Source: Octopus sinensis (taxonomy: Eukaryota). From it: a stretch of 64,000 nucleotides of DNA. The position numbers and the translations under genes were made by a program. The notes beneath the pieces are model-generated. The model saw only the letters and a list, made by a program, of their open reading frames with translations. It was not told the DNA's origin and made no database searches. The stretch lies in contig NC_042999.1 in the NCBI RefSeq assembly GCF_006345805.1, positions 120,156,001 to 120,220,000 of the forward strand. The letters run 5' to 3'. Positions 1 through 12,216 of the stretch are shown piece after piece. How positions within the stretch are numbered: the first letter of the stretch is position 1; every line of letters begins with the position of its first letter.

Positions 1-3000
1 AGAAACAAAGCTCTTCAAATTGAGTTTAAAACTTTCCACAGTTTTCGTGCAACGTTCTGTTTACATATATACTATTCCATTAATTTTACATTATCTTAAC
101 TCATTCCCATATGCAGTCTAACTCAATATTATGTGTCTGTTTATGAAGAACATATAAAAGGTCTTAACTTGTTCAATTTTAACTATTTTGAGTTCGTAAA
201 GATCAATATGAAGGATAGTTTTAATAAAACTGATGTCCGCAATTGAATCGTACGTTAACAATTATGCTTCCTTTTTACCAGTTTTCATATTTATTTCAGT
301 TTTCATGAACGTCTCCTTCTCTCTACCTTGTATTTCGCTCACTCTATCTTTCTCTTTTTGCACACACGCAAATAGACACACACACAAACTCACACTTACG
401 CACAACCCCCCCCCACACACACACACACACAATCACACGCACGCTCACAACACATACATACACATACACGCAAGGCACATACTCTTACTCACAGGCTGCG
501 TGAGTGACTGCATGTCTGCTTAAAGTGAAAAACTGCAAACTCTATTAACCAATTATTAGAGACTGATCGATAATCATATTAGATTATTCAGAGATAAACA
601 TCACAAATTTACTCTTATTCATACAATATCAATAGCTACAATAATATTCGTACCCATAATGTAAACATGACCAATAACCATAACACCATCAACGGCAACA
701 ACGGTAGCGAAATTCTATATTAGATATCACTGAAATCAAATACATTCATTAGATATTGTAAATTTATGAAATATTATAAATCTAGTCACCTTAAGTATAA
801 ATTATATGTTGTAAATGAGAAATGACTTGTTTATTGAACAAACATTCCAGGTTGTGAAGCATAATCTCACATTAAGTTAGTATGAATGCATCTTATGAGA
901 TTCCATGTTCCCATGATTTGACAACTCTATGAATCTGTCGGGAGGATATACCCCTTCCAAAATAAATCTTAAATTATACACATAAAAATACATTAGAAAC
1001 AAACCATAAAATAGTGCTGAGCTTATGACACTACAGTGTTCATATTACTGTTTTCATGTTTAATCAAACTATAAGTTTGCGCTTTAATATGTCATTATCT
1101 AGTTTCTATATAATATTTTGTCCACATTACGTAATTTACTTCATATTTAATTCCAGTAATTTAGTTTTTAGTTTCTCTGGTAACTAAACGCTAGTCTGAA
1201 TTTAGATGCTTTCTTAGTCAATCACCAAATATTATTCCCTGTCTGTTTTTCATGATCGCATAACCAAACTATTTGACTATAAATTCGTTACTTCTATCTC
1301 GAAAGTAAATTATTAATAAAAGTAAATATTAATAAAAAAAAATAACTGAAAACTGGAGGGATATAGTTCCTCCACCAGCAACGTTGTATGTGAACATGGT
1401 AATGAACCCTTTACACCTAGGATCATTATATGTAGTATTAGTTCATTATTAAAACTAATACTGGAAGCATAAAATTTGAGGACTATTTTGTTCTTTATCA
1501 GTAATGAGTTTGTCGTGGAAATACAATTACAGGAAAAGCTGCAATTTATGGATTAACCTATAGATTGGTTATCCTAATGATGAAAAACTATTTAATGAGA
1601 TCATTTGACTAACTAGATCAATGCAGATGTATATTAGTTTCGTATATCACACGAATGATATCTTTCGGAAAGGCATATGACTGTTTTATAAAAGTATCCA
1701 TTTTAGTTCTTCCATTTTGATATTCTGTTACAAACGAAGTTGTGTACAGGTATAAAGATAATTCCAACTGATATGGTTACTAAATTACGAAAACGTTTGT
1801 CTGAGAGGATTAGCATTCCCAATATTCCGTAATTTATCATTAAGAACATTGAAATGTTGCGTAAAAACACACTTCCCTAGTTCATACTGAACTTGTTTGT
1901 ACTTTCGAATTCCTTCATATGGTGCCTGAATAAGTTGCTTACACAGAAACATTGCACTTACGCTATGTTGTGTGTTATATGAATCGCATGCAATTACTAC
2001 TGAAAGAAGATTTTCAAACCATAATTTGATAGTAGACTGAATTTTAAGGTACGTGAATATGCATTTCCGCATGTACTTCACGTTAACAATATAGATATGA
2101 CATTAACTTATCGTAGTTATATTTTGAATAACTACAAATATTATAACAAAAAGTGTCCCTTCTTTGTCTGGCGTTAGATTTACTCTGCACAATGCAAGTT
2201 ACAGAATATCACTGACAAAACCTTGGAATATTCCGACAACGGTTACGAGAGAAGTGTGCTTTAGTGCAAGCAGAGTAAAGATCACGAGCGTGGTTTAGAG
2301 GATTGTAAAATTTGATGATAGTATTAAGGCTAATACTAGAAAGATTGCTTCAAATTTTACACTTGTGGACAGGGAGTCGCTTCGTGTCAAATTCTTAAGA
2401 TAGAGGGTTGTTTCAACGTCAGCTGAAATGGATTGTTAGGGAAGTCCAAAAAACAAGTCGATAATAATGCATAATGGGCGGTAATGACGCTCATACATTT
2501 AAACTTGAAATTTTTGCAAATTACAAACAAGGTTAGAAAGCTTCACCGAAATGATATTTTCCCAACTTGAGGTGAAGTCCACTTTTATGACAGGTTAAAC
2601 AGAACATAAAACAAGCAGTAGGGATGTGATGCGATAAGTGATCGAGTATAAACCTACAAGGGCAAAGGACACTTAGCAGAAAAATGTTGCAAAAGTCCAT
2701 TCTTTCAAAAGGCAATGGTTGTAACAATCCGGTAAAATAATATATATATATCTTAAGTCCTGGTAAGGTATTTCCAGAGAATCACTCAACATGAAAACTG
2801 GGGAGCTATCGATATTATCGGGTTCCAGACCAATGCTGAAATTCTTCAAGTGTAGAAAATCCTGGTTCCATGATATTAACACCGCTCTGTGGGTTTGGCG
2901 AAGAGCAAATTATCATAGGGAGACACAGACATTTTTCAACACATATTTGCTGATTCACTATAATTGTTTCCGTAGCAACTCTGCAGAGATGGTACAGAAA

Positions 3001-3072
3001 CAATTGTAACAAATCATTAAAGATGTGTTAAAACACTTCTTTATTTCCTTATCATTTGGATATTATGTGTGT

Positions 3073-3077
3073 GAGTG

Positions 3078-3173
<96 letters not shown>

Positions 3174-3283
3174 ATATATGTTTATCCATATACATATATG
3201 TTTATATAAATATCATTATATATACACATATATAAACATATCACTATACATACATATGTGTTTATATAATTTTATATACATAC

Positions 3284-3314
<31 letters not shown>

Positions 3315-3321
3315 TATATAG

Positions 3322-3352
<31 letters not shown>

Positions 3353-3355
3353 CAT
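3073..3355. repeat. (TA)n-dominated compound microsatellite
   Basis: Directly visible TA runs with TATG/CATA interruptions; source of the YIYI ORF 3025..3321. Confidence 0.95.
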
Positions 3356-3994
3356 CTATAAAAGATGCACATACCTTCATCAAACTAACATATTAAAATT
3401 TTGAGAGAATGACTATATTAAGTTTTAAAGTATTCAACTTTACAAATAAATCACTGAAGCGCAAATTTTCATCAAAGTATTTTAGTTCCTATTTATAAAA
3501 AAAATAAGTTTGTATATACATACTTAACCAAGTGTATACATTGAAACATAAGCATATATATATATAATATATATATATATTCATAATATTTACATATTCT
3601 AAATAGCAATATAATAATAGCCGATATATATGTTGATTCCTTCAATAACGTTTTTCATAATACAGAGAGAGGGAGAAGAGAATCAGTGAGTGAAACAGCG
3701 AGATTTGAAGTGATAGGTGCAGGTTGACTGCACTTACTCGGCTAGGTGGAAAGCTCAACACACGCGCGTGCGCGCACGCAAGCACGCAATTACACATACA
3801 CACACATGCACACACATACTCACACACACACACCACTCGTAAAAACGTCTGACAGAAAGAGATGTAGGGAGATGAGAGAGTTTATATATGTACACGCATA
3901 ATTATTAATATATATATGAGTGCGTCCATATGTATTATATATGTACACACACACACCTATATATGAACATATATATACACACATATATATATAT

Positions 3995-4038
<44 letters not shown>

Positions 4039-4228
4039 AATCTGTTTGAGAGAGAGAGAGTAACATTGTTTTCATTTTTTCTCTCAATATTATTTAATTT
4101 TGGTAGTTTAATTTAATAAATATTTCTTCCTCTGAAAATTAGAGTTCATTTCAAAAGTTAACTTAAGGACTAAGACGTTTGAATGAAGTAAAATTGTGAT
4201 AAGTGTATGTTTATCATATTCCTTGATA

Positions 4229-4289
4229 TTACCCGTCGGACTGAAACCACTTCCAAAGTTAGTCGTCGTTTGACGGGTAACACTCTAGT
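4229..4289 (+). mobile_element. Possible Helitron-type 3' terminus (hairpin + CTAG-T)
   Basis: TTACCCGTC(4229)...GACGGGTAA(4280) inverted repeat, then CACT-CTAG-T; GTC-GTTT-GAC mini-hairpin just upstream of CTAG. Confidence 0.4.
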
Positions 4290-4398
4290 GTACACATATT
4301 AGATACGTCTGTTCTTTTATTACTCAGTATACATATATACATATGGGTGGTGGTGGTATTTTTTTGTGTGTGTATATATATAACTGACTCCGAATAGG

Positions 4399-4479
4399 AA
4401 GATCTGCAAACAGATCTCTAAATTGTTTTGGAGAATTTGTTGCAGTTGCTTCCTCCAAAGTCATATCCCAATGATGATG
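4399..4479 (-). pseudogene. Helitron Rep/helicase linker fragment
   Basis: Peptide HHHWDMTLEEATATNSPKQFRDLFADL in ORF 4324..4734 resembles the Helitron motif HW..TL.EA....SP.QLR.LFA; flanking parts of the ORF are microsatellite. Confidence 0.6.
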
Positions 4480-4550
4480 ATATTTGTCATGAATAACCAT
4501 GTAACATATCGCCGAAAACAATCGCAGTAATGAAAATATAGGAATCCAAA

Positions 4551-4632
4551 CTCGGGGGTGTTTCGGAATAAGTCGTCCATATTTGTTTTCTTTTCTCCGT
4601 TTTTTACGTTTGTACATCCGTAAATGTCTACA

Positions 4633-4689
<57 letters not shown>

Positions 4690-5088
4690 TGTAATCAAAA
4701 CGTTCGAACTGGGACTTATTCCATTCAATATCATGTTTATTATGGAGATTATGTAACAAATTATACTTAACTTTTCTTTATTTAACTGCGCGTGTATATT
4801 CCTAGTTTTTACTTCTAGTGCATTCTGCCTCCCTATTAGAAACTTTAATTTGTGAATTTACTTAAATTTTTTTTTAAATATCTTAAGCAACAGATAAGTC
4901 ATTTTAATGGCACATTTCTATGTACTAGACAGTTATCTGTTATTTTTACTAGAAGGAGTTTTCTGGTAAGGGATTCATTTGCCTTCATTGCCTGTTTGTT
5001 GCTTCAGTAGAAATCTACGCGTGCACAAATGTACATAACGGGAAAATAAAACGAATATGGACGACTTATTCCGACCCCCACCCCCGAG
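4551..5088. repeat. ~60 bp imperfect inverted repeat pair (4551-4617 / 5029-5088)
   Basis: Both arms read ATGTACA..AACGG..AAAA(G/T)AAAAC(A/G)AATATGGACGACTTATTCCGA..CACCCCCGAG, on opposite strands. Confidence 0.85.
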
Positions 5089-5565
5089 TGGGTAACGGTT
5101 CTCAAAAATAACCCTCAATTGTTTTCTCCCCAAATTCCTATGTCTTCGGAATCTACATAGTCTGAGGTATATTTATAGAGAATTTTGTTTAAAAATATCC
5201 TGAAAGATAAGACGAATTGAATTGGGCTCAGGTGAATTTTCCGAAATTCCCTTCCTAAAACACTTTCCCCTAGAAATTTTTATATTCGGAATTTAAATAA
5301 TATAACACTTATTCGTAAAAAAATTTCATTAAAAAATATCCATTTTCCTGAACGTTATGATCATCCACAATCGTGGGGGGAGGGGCAGAAATCTGTAGTT
5401 ATACCCAAATGTATACATTATCTCCCTCTTTCTCTCACATATTCACTCTTTCTCTTTCTATTATTATTACTATCACTGCCTCCATCAACACTACTACTTT
5501 TAATAAAACATCAACTCTCCCTAAATTTCTTTGTCTCTCTTTCTTTCCCTCTGTTTTCTTTCTCC

Positions 5566-5602
<37 letters not shown>

Positions 5603-5871
5603 GTCTTTCTTCACCACCGCCCTCACCGTCTCTATGCCTACTATTACTCTCACTCCTGCACCAGAAATAGAGGAAGTGTCATTGGATAGTGAGAGAGTGG
5701 GGTCAAAGTGTGACACAGAAATTAGTTTTCGCATTTATTATAACATATGTGTGTGTAGGTGTGAGTGTATGCGTGCGCTCATATGTATACGTAAGTAATT
5801 ATGAGCAGAATATAAAACATAAATTTGCGTAGGAAATGTGTGCGAGTTTGAATAAGTTTCTGTGTGTGTCT

Positions 5872-5909
<38 letters not shown>

Positions 5910-6689
5910 AAGTGCACGTGTTTCATATGTGTGACCTAGCGTGCGGGTACTTCGATGTATATGTTTACATGTATACCTGCTATTGCATGTCTACATGAAT
6001 GTGTCTATATAACAAAGGTTTTGTGCTGTAAGCATAAACGAAGACAAACATTTGTAAAAAACAAAGCCCATTAAAATATTATGCTCGAAGGCTGTGAAAG
6101 CATTCTAGAGAGGAATACACAAAACTGTCAAAAGGTTGTTGTTATTCGTGTTTCATTGTTTTATAATTACAAGAATATGATTATATAAATATAAGATTTT
6201 TCTATATGCATTAACCATGCGACACATGTAACCACTACTATCATTATATTAACATAGCTTTTCTCTGCGCTTATTATTTTATATATGTCTGCCTAAATAT
6301 TAAGACAGTATCTAATTTCATACTCTGTGTAGTCTCGGTGAACAGATCAAACCCCACAAAATTATCAATGATAAATTAGTTGCTTTGAAAGGATATATGT
6401 TTATTTTCACTTTATACACGCTTGCAAACCTAGGTCAACTCTTCTCCTAAACAAAACACACAAGCAACCCAACAATTTACAGAGGTGACTTCTGTATTGA
6501 TCGTTGGTGCATCTACACATATTAACACGGTTTGATACAACTAAATAACTTACTGTCAAAAGCTCTTGTGTGATGAACATCCAGTACTCTTTCGAATTAC
6601 ATTTATATATAATTTGTGTGTGTGTCTGTGTATGCGTGTGTTTTTGTGTGTGCCTGTGGTTTCTTAGACATTTTTTTTATGTTCTTAGA

Positions 6690-8215
6690 GAGTTCAAACT
6701 GGTCGCTAACAAAGCCACCGACAAGAGTCTTTCAATTAAGAGAGCTCACAGTGTTTATGCATATATGTGGTTGAGTTGATATGCCGGTTAAGTTGTAGGT
6801 GCACACACCCAAATGTGTCCATCTATTCACCTAAGGAATCCCAGGTGGAGAATCTTTGGAATGTCTTACAAATATCTGTTACTAATAGAATGGATTTGGA
6901 GAATCCGTTTCAGTTACTTTTTCTTTTTCTTCAAAAGACTTTGTATTTGCAGGTTTTAGTGTAAATTTGTTGATACATGACCTAATGCATCTATGATGAT
7001 AAGTAAAAATGAGAATTCAATGTCAAGTTTCAAGAGTTATAAATTAAGCATTAATACACCGTAAATGTTGGACTTTTTATTGTACATTCACATCTGCTGG
7101 GCAACTGACCTTTACAAGAGTGTATGACCTTTGTTCCTTATTCCACAAAGCAATATCAGCTCACTTGTGTTTGCACAGGATTGCTGTTTTTATTGGAGTG
7201 TCCCACCAGTTTTTCTTGTTTTTAAAGGTGTGAATACATGCTGGTTCTGATATGCCTTTGATGTATAAGTCAGAGCAATCTTTCCTTCGGAAAGCATTGT
7301 AAGTAATATTCGCAAATATATCATGCCATGCCATATGGGCAGGTGTTATCTTGTAGACATTTCGTGGCGGCTGATGATGATGTGGGTGGTATGTTATACC
7401 CTGGTATAGCAGAACCGACATTTATTTTCACAACGTGGAGGTTTGCTGATATATTTGTTCTCCTCTTGTTTATCAGGTATTTTGTAGTTATATCTTATTC
7501 CTAGATAGCAAAGTCATATCCTTCTAGATGAGATGTAATGTATCTAACAGAGTTCCATGAGAAGTTACTCTTACTACTAAAGTTGTTATAGCTCTCTGGT
7601 TACAGAATACGTACCCATGTATTAATTTTTGCTACTACGATGGCTGCTTCTCCTCGAAACTTCTGTTTAGGGAGGCCAGCCCAGCTTCCCTTGGGTCACA
7701 TGAGGCAGTTTTATTCTCAGATCACGTGTACAATAATTCTTCTCCAATTCTGATGTCGTTGAGTATGCACGCAATGTACGCGTTTCTTTTCTTTAATGTT
7801 CAACAGTTGTTGTCTGACAGATTCAATGTCACATTCAAAAGCTATTTGGGCTGATCTTATGCCTCTACCATCATCACTTTGTCTCACATAGACTTTACTG
7901 GTGTCGCTTTTTATGTGGAAGTGGCCGGTGGTGGTCAGTATCTTTCTAGTTTTAACATCTAGTCTGCAGATCTCAAATGTTAAGTTCAATATTTCAAATG
8001 TTGGTACGAGCAGCGTAACTGCAAAAGAATTGTGTGGTATGAACTTGTTAAATGTAGACAGCTCTGAATTCCATATCTTCCGGTGTCTACTGAGATATTC
8101 ATTTGTTACTCTGGCTTTAGCCACAACACCAACATATACATTATTCTCATTGATTCCGAGATATTTGTAGCTTTCATCACTACAGAAAATGGATGATAGA
8201 CAAGCCACTAATGTA
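6690..8215 (-). mobile_element. Old R4-clade non-LTR retrotransposon, 3' half (RT C-terminus, Zn knuckle, REL endonuclease)
   Basis: ORF 7717..8208 has YKYLGI...LDVKTRKILTTTGHFHIKSD..VYVRQSDDGRG; ORF 7161..7421 has WHD...WWDTPIKTAILCKH; downstream reads ADIALWNKEQRSYTLVKVSCPADVNV (REL-like). Multiple stops and frameshifts. Confidence 0.85.
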
Positions 8216-8546
8216 TATTTTCTTTGTCTAATCGAGAATCCTTCCTAGATTAACTATAATGTAACAGCATTTATCTTGCACAAACTCCATTCTTGTGAGA
8301 ATGTTGTGAGAATGTTGTGACTAGTTCTAATTGTCTTTTGATGTTGAACATGTTACAAGAATATAACTTTAGATCATCAACAAAAAATGTGTGGGTGACA
8401 TAAATTTTATTGTTTTCTGATTATCCCAGCAAGTAACTTGGCATTTTGTTAAGAGGGCTGACAGACGGATCGTTGCCAGTAAAAAAACATTACAGATAAC
8501 TATTATACTGGAAAATGCCTGCTGATAGCTTGATTCTGATGGTAAC

Positions 8547-8756
<210 letters not shown>

Positions 8757-8760
<4 letters not shown>

Positions 8761-9107
8761 AGTATGTATATAACTCACTTTGATATTTATCATTGTTTGA
8801 TTCCACTTTTTCAATATCAGCGACAGTGGGCGCTGGAAAAAGTATAAGTATTTGTGAAGGAGATCTAATTCTCGCCGACAACTATGATTGTCACACGCTG
8901 ACGAGAGGTCAATACCTCGAAACTCGAGTCCGTGTGTATCATAAGTTGAAGACGGGAAGGATGACTTCCCTTTGCAAATACTGACAGGACACAGAAAGTG
9001 TGTCTATGGCCAGCTGGAGGAGTGTGTCCTCCTGGGGCTAAAAACTACAGTAGCATCCACCCTTAGGGGTTAGCCATATTGAAATGGCAAAAATACGTCA
9101 CTATAAG

Positions 9108-9117
<10 letters not shown>
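8757..9117 (+). mobile_element. Retrozyme-like non-autonomous element (345 bp period, 16 bp terminal direct repeat)
   Basis: TATAAGTATGTATATA at 8757-8772 and 9102-9117; internal canonical hammerhead; several further hairpins; no credible ORF; embedded in (TA)n. Confidence 0.65.
8892..8936 (+). ncRNA. Type I hammerhead ribozyme, canonical core
   Basis: CACACG-CTGACGA-GAGG tcaata CCTC-GAA-ACTCGAGT-C-CGTGTG: 6 bp stem I, CUGANGA, 4 bp stem II with G10.1-C11.1, GAAA, palindromic stem III, GUC triplet; predicted cleavage between 8930 and 8931. Confidence 0.9.
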
Positions 9118-9148
<31 letters not shown>

Positions 9149-9167
9149 ATATGTATATATATATATA

Positions 9168-9321
9168 TGAGTTAATGTAGACTTACCCTGCATTCAATAT
9201 TTCGGGGTTATGACCCCATTTTCAAGAAACTGACGAATGTTGCCGACAACATTCATCAGTTTCCTGAACATGAGGCCATGACCCCGAAATACTGAATGCA
9301 GGGTAAGTCTACATTAATTCA
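9168..9321. mobile_element. 154 bp fold-back / MITE-like palindrome
   Basis: 75 bp arms (about 8 mismatches) around a CCGA loop at 9243-9246; flanked by TA. Confidence 0.85.
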
Positions 9322-9460
9322 TATATTTGTTTCTTTGGGATTTGCCTTGCGTTTATTTCGCATTGTTCTGGTCTTACCCACGATCCTTTATACAATATAT
9401 TCTACGCAATGCTTCCTAGTAATAATTCCATTTATATATATACATATATATATATGTATG

Positions 9461-9494
<34 letters not shown>

Positions 9495-11340
9495 GTGTGT
9501 GTGTGTGTGTGTGAGTGTGTGTGTGTACATTCTACTTGCATATGGTGATGTTTAAAGGAGATTTAGTAGCTATTTCTAAAAGATGGAGCAACAATATAGA
9601 TGCTCTGTCAAGTTATTACCACTTTTAACGTACTGTCTCGGGGGCTAGCAGAGAGCTGGAGAGAACCACCAAAATGCATGATATTCGGATTTAGATTAGT
9701 TCATTTGATTTAAACTTATATACTTTATGAATTATATAAATTCTGAACGTTAATACTTAGTTGAGAAGTTTTCTCATAAACCCAATCAGTGCATTCAAAA
9801 GGAAAATGTTTTTAGCACGATCATATTTTTTTCTTTAGATATTGCATGAAAAGTTCAGAAAAAATATGAGTTTCATGCGTCTTCAATATATCACTGTAAA
9901 AGTGGAGATATATAACTTGTTATAAAATTAATGTTACAGATTAATACCACTAGAAAACGTGTACCGACACGTGTTTGAATATTATGATTCTGAGAATAGA
10001 ACATTTGGCGGAATGTAGTGAACGGCATATACTCGCTTACGCACAAAAGGAATTACTAGAGATAACACATTAAGTGAATTTTATGTGCTTCAGGAGACGA
10101 GTCATAACACTTGCAATGTTTCTGGTATGTATTATCGAAAATCTTAGGATATCGGCCAATGTATTTGTAGCATTCGAAGTAAGTAAGAGCAATGTGTTAC
10201 AAGGAGAGCTTGACTTGTATTTTAAGAGCAGGAGGAACGAATACTTATAAACTGCAGGGAATTGAAGAGAACAAATGATTGGACCCGTGTTCTCAATTAA
10301 CAAAAAATACGAGTAAAAGAAAAATAAATAGGAAAAGGGATTCCGAGGACTGCAAGGAGCCAAGCTAAAACACGGTTGTGTAAACGAAATGTGTTTTAGT
10401 TATGTGAGCAATAATGCCACATGGATACAGCAATTAATGTTTAATAAAGTGTAGTCAACACTTTAGAAATTCCAGGCAAAGGCTTATATAAATTGCGAAC
10501 CTTCTGTGATTAGTTACAGTTTGCGTATGAACCTCATTAACTTTGATATAACTGAACTCACACAAACGTGCCAGCATATACATACAAATAGGCGCACGCA
10601 CACACATACGCATACATATGCATACATTTCTATTAACATATATGTATACAATAAAATATGAGAGTGTAAAACCCATTTCTAAGCCTTATATATATATATT
10701 GAGAGAGAGGGGGAGAGAAAGAGACAAAGAGGATTAGCTAGCTAGACAGATAGATAGATAGAGAGCTAATTATATATATATAATAGATACGAATACATAA
10801 ACACACAGACGCTGCAGTCAGTATGCATTTACTCGACCTGCTGCAAATAACAACCAAATTTCCCTCAAGTCACCACTTGAGGTAATATTGCCTTACATGT
10901 AAGGCAATGAATGCAATATTGAGAATTCACACACTGTTACATAATACATACACACACCAAACACATGCTCATACTGTCTATATCTCACGCACACACTCAC
11001 ACACATACACGCAGGCACATACACACACACACGCACACACACGCACAAATATGCATATTAAGTTTGTTACGACTGAAATGATTTTTGATCAAACATCCTC
11101 ACGATCAGAGCAGATCTGAGACTAAAAACCAGCATAATTATTGAACAAATATACGTCAGCACGGTCTATAATTCTATATTACGAACTTCTTATGCACAGA
11201 AAATATTATGTTCTGGGTGCTGGGCATGCGCGTCCATGTTTTGGAGTAAAATACGTTTACACAGTATATGTTGTCCTTGTAGTTTTCGTTTCGGGTATAT
11301 ACACAAAATCACGCATTGTAATATATATATAGCATAATAG

Positions 11341-11396
<56 letters not shown>

Positions 11397-11520
11397 ATGT
11401 TTACATATGCATATTTATAGATACGTAAAAACTTATATATGAATATATATATATATACATACATTCATGTATATACACATGCATACATACATGCACACGC
11501 TCATATATATATATATATAT

Positions 11521-12183
11521 ATAATTTCAACAATTGAGGGTAAAATTAATTAATTAATCAATTTCACCAAGTATTCAGTATGCAAAGGGACCATTTAAGG
11601 CGAATTCAAATTATTACATTATATAAAAGGGCTTAGTAAAATAAATTACTTTGCCGCATACTGAACTCATTAGAAATAGCAGCTAAAAAACTTTTTTAAA
11701 AACTATTTCTAATACTTAAAGAAAACCTCTCTCATATAGTGTTTGCTCAATTCAACTCACGCAAATATGGGGGTAGAGACATTAAAAAATCAAGTGCAAA
11801 GGTTATTTGAGAACGTACGTTTCAAGATTAGTCAAAGTCGACATTTCTATCATCAGCTCAGAACTCCCTGGTTTGGATTTGAAAACACTGAAAGTGGGAG
11901 CATACCCTTTCGGCTTCCTCTCGCTTCTGAAGATCTGCTCGTAACTAACAGTGCCAACAAACTCAAAAATGCAAGCGAAGAATTTCTGCTCTCCCCTTTC
12001 CACCAGCGTGGGTTAAAATCAGTAAACACCATGCTTTTTTCGGTAAAATCCGCGACATTATATAGAGAGAGATGAATTATAATTTCAACAATTGAGGGTA
12101 AAATTAATTAATTAATCAATTTCACCAAGTATTCAGTATGCAAAGGGACCATTTAAGGCGAATTCAAATTATTACATTATATA
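11521..12183 (-). mobile_element. Hammerhead-bearing 558 bp unit with 105 bp terminal direct repeat (retrozyme or PLE-repeat derivative)
   Basis: 11521-11625 repeated at 12079-12183; internal hammerhead on the minus strand; both ends run into (TA)n. Confidence 0.75.
11808..11860 (-). ncRNA. Type I hammerhead ribozyme motif
   Basis: Minus strand TGAG-CTGATGA-[T AGA aat GTC gacttt GAC taa TCT T]-GAA-AC gtac GT-T-CTCA: 4 bp stem I, perfect core, interrupted stem II with U.U at 10.1/11.1, GUU triplet. Confidence 0.7.
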
Positions 12184-12216
12184 TATTACATTTATATATT
12201 ATATATATATATATAT

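Noticed and set aside
938-1470. Two similar GGAGG-ATATA-CCTCC hairpins (~940, ~1355) and a ~17 bp inverted repeat (~1151/~1450)
   Set aside because: Short and AT-rich; no TSD or family evidence, so chance cannot be excluded.
2179-2280. TTTACTCTGC...GCAGAGTAAA inverted repeat
   Set aside because: Only 10 bp with no further arm similarity.
2400-3010. Possible transposase remnant (ORFs 2533..3012)
   Set aside because: No recognisable catalytic or DNA-binding motif in any frame.
5373-5798. 141 aa ORF with a protein-like stretch (MPTITLTPAPEIEEVSLDSE)
   Set aside because: Spans CT and GT microsatellites; no convincing splice sites or domain match.
9008-9060. HDV-like ribozyme (GGCCAGC...TCCTCC...GGCTAA)
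   Set aside because: No P1 3' strand or P3 pairing can be built; it is a simple hairpin.
9229-9265. CTGACGA / CTGATGA followed by a hairpin inside the fold-back
   Set aside because: No GAAA or stem III after the hairpin, so it is not a hammerhead.
10094-10124. 31 nt candidate micro-exon (cag|...CTG|gtatgt; RRVITLAMFL)
   Set aside because: Splice-like signals are common by chance; no neighbouring exons identified. RNA-seq would be needed.
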